From a virus, in the IMG/VR virus record IMGVR_UViG_3300045988_175028: a stretch of 64,000 nucleotides of DNA. One strand, given 5' to 3'. The position numbers were made by a program, and so were the translations under genes. The notes beneath the pieces were generated by a model that worked only from the letters and a program-made list of their open reading frames with translations, had not been told where the DNA came from and did no database searches. Shown one piece after another: positions 62,201 through 64,000 of this stretch (its first letter is position 1; every line of letters starts with the position of its first letter).

Positions 62201-62218
62201 TTGTGAAAATATTCACAA
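62201..62218. promoter_or_regulatory. perfect TTGTGAA-N4-TTCACAA palindrome, site 2
   Basis: ttgtgaaaatattcacaa. Confidence 0.5.
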
Positions 62219-62280
62219 ACTTTTTCAAAAAAAGAAAAGAGGGAAAAATTCCCCTCTTTTCAATTATACATACCTTTTTG

Positions 62281-62508
62281 TTATTCGTCCCAGTTATCAT
62301 TTTTCCATCGACCTACATCGCCGTAATGGTCAATGGTTTCAATTCCTCTAAAATAGCCTCTCTGCTGGATTTCATAGGTAAGCCGGGCGCCGTTCTCTAC
62401 GGTATTATCCAGATAGCCGATGATAGTGTAGATTGTGCGTAAATCTGCGAATTGCTGGATGGTGACAACGCCGGTATCCTCATAGTGAACGATAAGACGA
62501 TAATTCAT
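62281..62508 (-). CDS. hypothetical protein, tandem paralogue A
   Basis: MNYRLIVHYEDTG.. with the ATG at 62508. The 5' UTR is duplicated along with the gene. Confidence 0.55.
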   Translation of the reverse strand: MNYRLIVHYEDTGVVTIQQFADLRTIYTIIGYLDNTVENGARLTYEIQQRGYFRGIETIDHYGDVGRWKNDNWDE

Positions 62509-62552
62509 AATGTTTCCTTTCTGCCCGTCATGCCGATAGCCCAGCCTCTTTT

Positions 62553-62780
62553 TTAGCCCCAGCGGACGTTTGTCCATTCTCCAATAGGTTCCCCAGCATA
62601 GTTGATAACTTCAATGTCTCCATTCTCATTCCGATATTGAAGCTCGTACCCCACCTCTGCGCCATTCTCCATAGCACAGTCCAAGCAATGCATGAGGTTC
62701 CATGCATCGTCAGCGTCATTGAATGGGACAGTGTTCACTTCACAGGTTCTTTGCCACCGGATAACCAAGCGATAGTTCAT
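62553..62780 (-). CDS. hypothetical protein, tandem paralogue B
   Basis: MNYRLVIRWQRTC.. Confidence 0.55.
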   Translation of the reverse strand: MNYRLVIRWQRTCEVNTVPFNDADDAWNLMHCLDCAMENGAEVGYELQYRNENGDIEVINYAGEPIGEWTNVRWG

Positions 62781-62823
62781 AGCGTTTCCCTTCTCCCCGT
62801 CTCGCCGTTAGGTCAGCGTTCTC

Positions 62824-63069
62824 TTATTGCTGGGTCAGTTCCGCATGATAGGCTTGTAGGAACAGGTCTCTATAAGTGTCATCCCACAGCACTTCAATCT
62901 CTTTGCCCAGCTCCCCATTGCCATGTTCGTAGGCGATACACGCTGCCATGTGTGCCATACCGAAAGCCACATTGTAGCAGTCTCTGGCCTTGAATCCGTT
63001 GTCCGGAGCTTTCGCATAGTTTAAATAGCGATTGAGGCTCTTCTTCACGAAGTCGATAGTCATAGTCAT
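62824..63069 (-). CDS. hypothetical protein
   Basis: ORF with an RBS, in a GC-richer segment. Confidence 0.55.
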   Translation of the reverse strand: MTMTIDFVKKSLNRYLNYAKAPDNGFKARDCYNVAFGMAHMAACIAYEHGNGELGKEIEVLWDDTYRDLFLQAYHAELTQQ

Positions 63070-63122
63070 GTTCCTTTCTCTGGTGGGCTGGGCTTGATAA
63101 GCCCAGCCCTATTGATTGATAC

Positions 63123-63671
63123 TTACAGGGTCAGCCCCTCAAAGTCTGCACTTGTGTAATCTCTTGTACGGTCAAACGCAACTGGCCATTGCAACAGTCG
63201 TTGATACAGCTTTTTAGAACTAACTTGAATTCCCAGCCCGTCATACTCACCATGCTTGTTCACTGTCTTTATGGCGTTCACTTCCTGAACACAATTCAGG
63301 AACAGGGCAGTTGGAATAATAAGCGGGCCAATAGAACGATGTTCCTCCCATGCTTCTGTCTTTTTCCCGGCTTTATGGCGTTGAACATATTCCATAACAT
63401 AGATAACGAATTTACTTTTGTTCGTCCCATCAATGAGGCTATCAATGCGTCCGCCGTTCGTCTTAACCTCTGCTGGGATGTAGCGTCCGTTGTACTTGAT
63501 ATGAACGTCAGCCCGTCCAGCAGAGCTTACACACTTCTTTCGGCTCTTTGGCCTTGCACACTGATTTTCAGTGATACGTCCAAAATAACCGCTATCAATG
63601 GCGGGATTATAGCGTGCAGAATCCAGCGCCCGCACTGCGTCCTCTTTGGTTAAAATAGTAAAGTCTTTCAT
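63123..63671 (-). CDS. hypothetical protein, possible PD-(D/E)xK nuclease fold
   Basis: GRADVHIKYNGRYIPAEVKTNGG (D...E.K pattern). Confidence 0.4.
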   Translation of the reverse strand: MKDFTILTKEDAVRALDSARYNPAIDSGYFGRITENQCARPKSRKKCVSSAGRADVHIKYNGRYIPAEVKTNGGRIDSLIDGTNKSKFVIYVMEYVQRHKAGKKTEAWEEHRSIGPLIIPTALFLNCVQEVNAIKTVNKHGEYDGLGIQVSSKKLYQRLLQWPVAFDRTRDYTSADFEGLTL

Positions 63672-63809
63672 AGTAAAAAATCCTTTCTTTTGATTTTGTG
63701 GTTTTCAGTTTTCAAGATACACGCTGTATTAGGCATCAGCACCGCCCCGCTCTATTGTTCCCTTGTGTCTATTATACTACCATACCCCGCCCCGAAAGTC
63801 AATAGTTTT

Positions 63810-63828
63810 TTAGACGACTTCAGGCTAA
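63810..63828. repeat. degenerate cassette palindrome (copy 14)
   Basis: ttagacgacttcaggctaa. Confidence 0.5.
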
Positions 63829-63905
63829 AAACTGCACAAAAAGAGGAGGGGGATGTTTTGTAAAATTGTGCATTTTGCCATCCCTCGCCCGAATCGGGTC
63901 TGGAA

Positions 63906-64000
63906 AATTTTCTCACCGAGATTAAAAATCAAAAACAAAACTTACAAATTTTCTCACCGAGATTAAAAATCAAAAACAAAACTTACAAATTTTCTCACCG
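63906..64000. repeat. perfect 41-bp tandem direct repeat, at least 2.2 copies, truncated by the window end
   Basis: tctcaccgag.. recurs at 63911, 63952 and 63993. Confidence 0.85.

Noticed and set aside
63906-64000. Possible CRISPR array at the window end.
   Set aside because: The copies are contiguous 41-bp tandem repeats with no unique spacers. No cas genes or leader are visible.
1-64000. Genome-wide stop-codon reassignment (TAA, TAG or TGA recoding).
   Set aside because: - Only one in-frame stop was found (TAA at 13469-13471).
- Genes terminate normally on all three stop codons and are tightly packed.
- No tRNA with a UUA, CUA or UCA anticodon in a credible fold was seen.

Overview
AT-rich, densely packed segment of a large tailed dsDNA phage. 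Host signals look Firmicutes-like: GGAGG-type RBSs, sigma-A-like promoters and an amidase/CW_7 endolysin.

Layout:
- (i) 1-14.5 kb: minus-strand replication/recombination block. It holds a DnaB-like helicase fragment, Sak4-like ATPase, SSB-like protein, two-subunit type II topoisomerase, short UvrD-like helicase, GIY-YIG protein, DNA ligase and RNase H.
- (ii) 16.3-22.7 kb: RNA island with about 16 tRNA or tRNA-like genes, an HNH endonuclease and more than 2 kb of unassigned, apparently structured non-coding sequence.
- (iii) 22.7-30.7 kb: ClpP-like and PhoH-like genes, then a polynucleotide-kinase/HD plus Rnl1-like RNA ligase module.
- (iv) 31-40 kb: tail-fibre/receptor-binding cluster and endolysin.
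- (v) 40-54 kb: about 45 small plus-strand genes organised behind a 15-copy, almost invariant promoter/leader.
- (vi) 54-64 kb: minus-strand array of single-gene cassettes. Each is bounded by a conserved 19-bp palindrome and a consensus TTGACA/TATAAT promoter.

Most notable observation: three tRNA genes (Ile-UAU, Thr-UGU, Lys-UUU) are split inside the anticodon by 61-72 nt tRNA-like minihelices that carry their own acceptor stem, T-arm and 3' CCA/CAA. The same window encodes an RNA end-healing/sealing pair and a possible miniature RNase P-like RNA. Together these suggest a phage-borne, non-group-I tRNA splicing system; this is a hypothesis.

Other points: two homopolymer frameshifts, one in-frame TAA in a P-loop, two perfect Rex-type operators, iteron-like repeat blocks, and a 41-bp tandem repeat running off the window end.

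All calls are from manual reading of the sequence and the ORF track. No searches were run.
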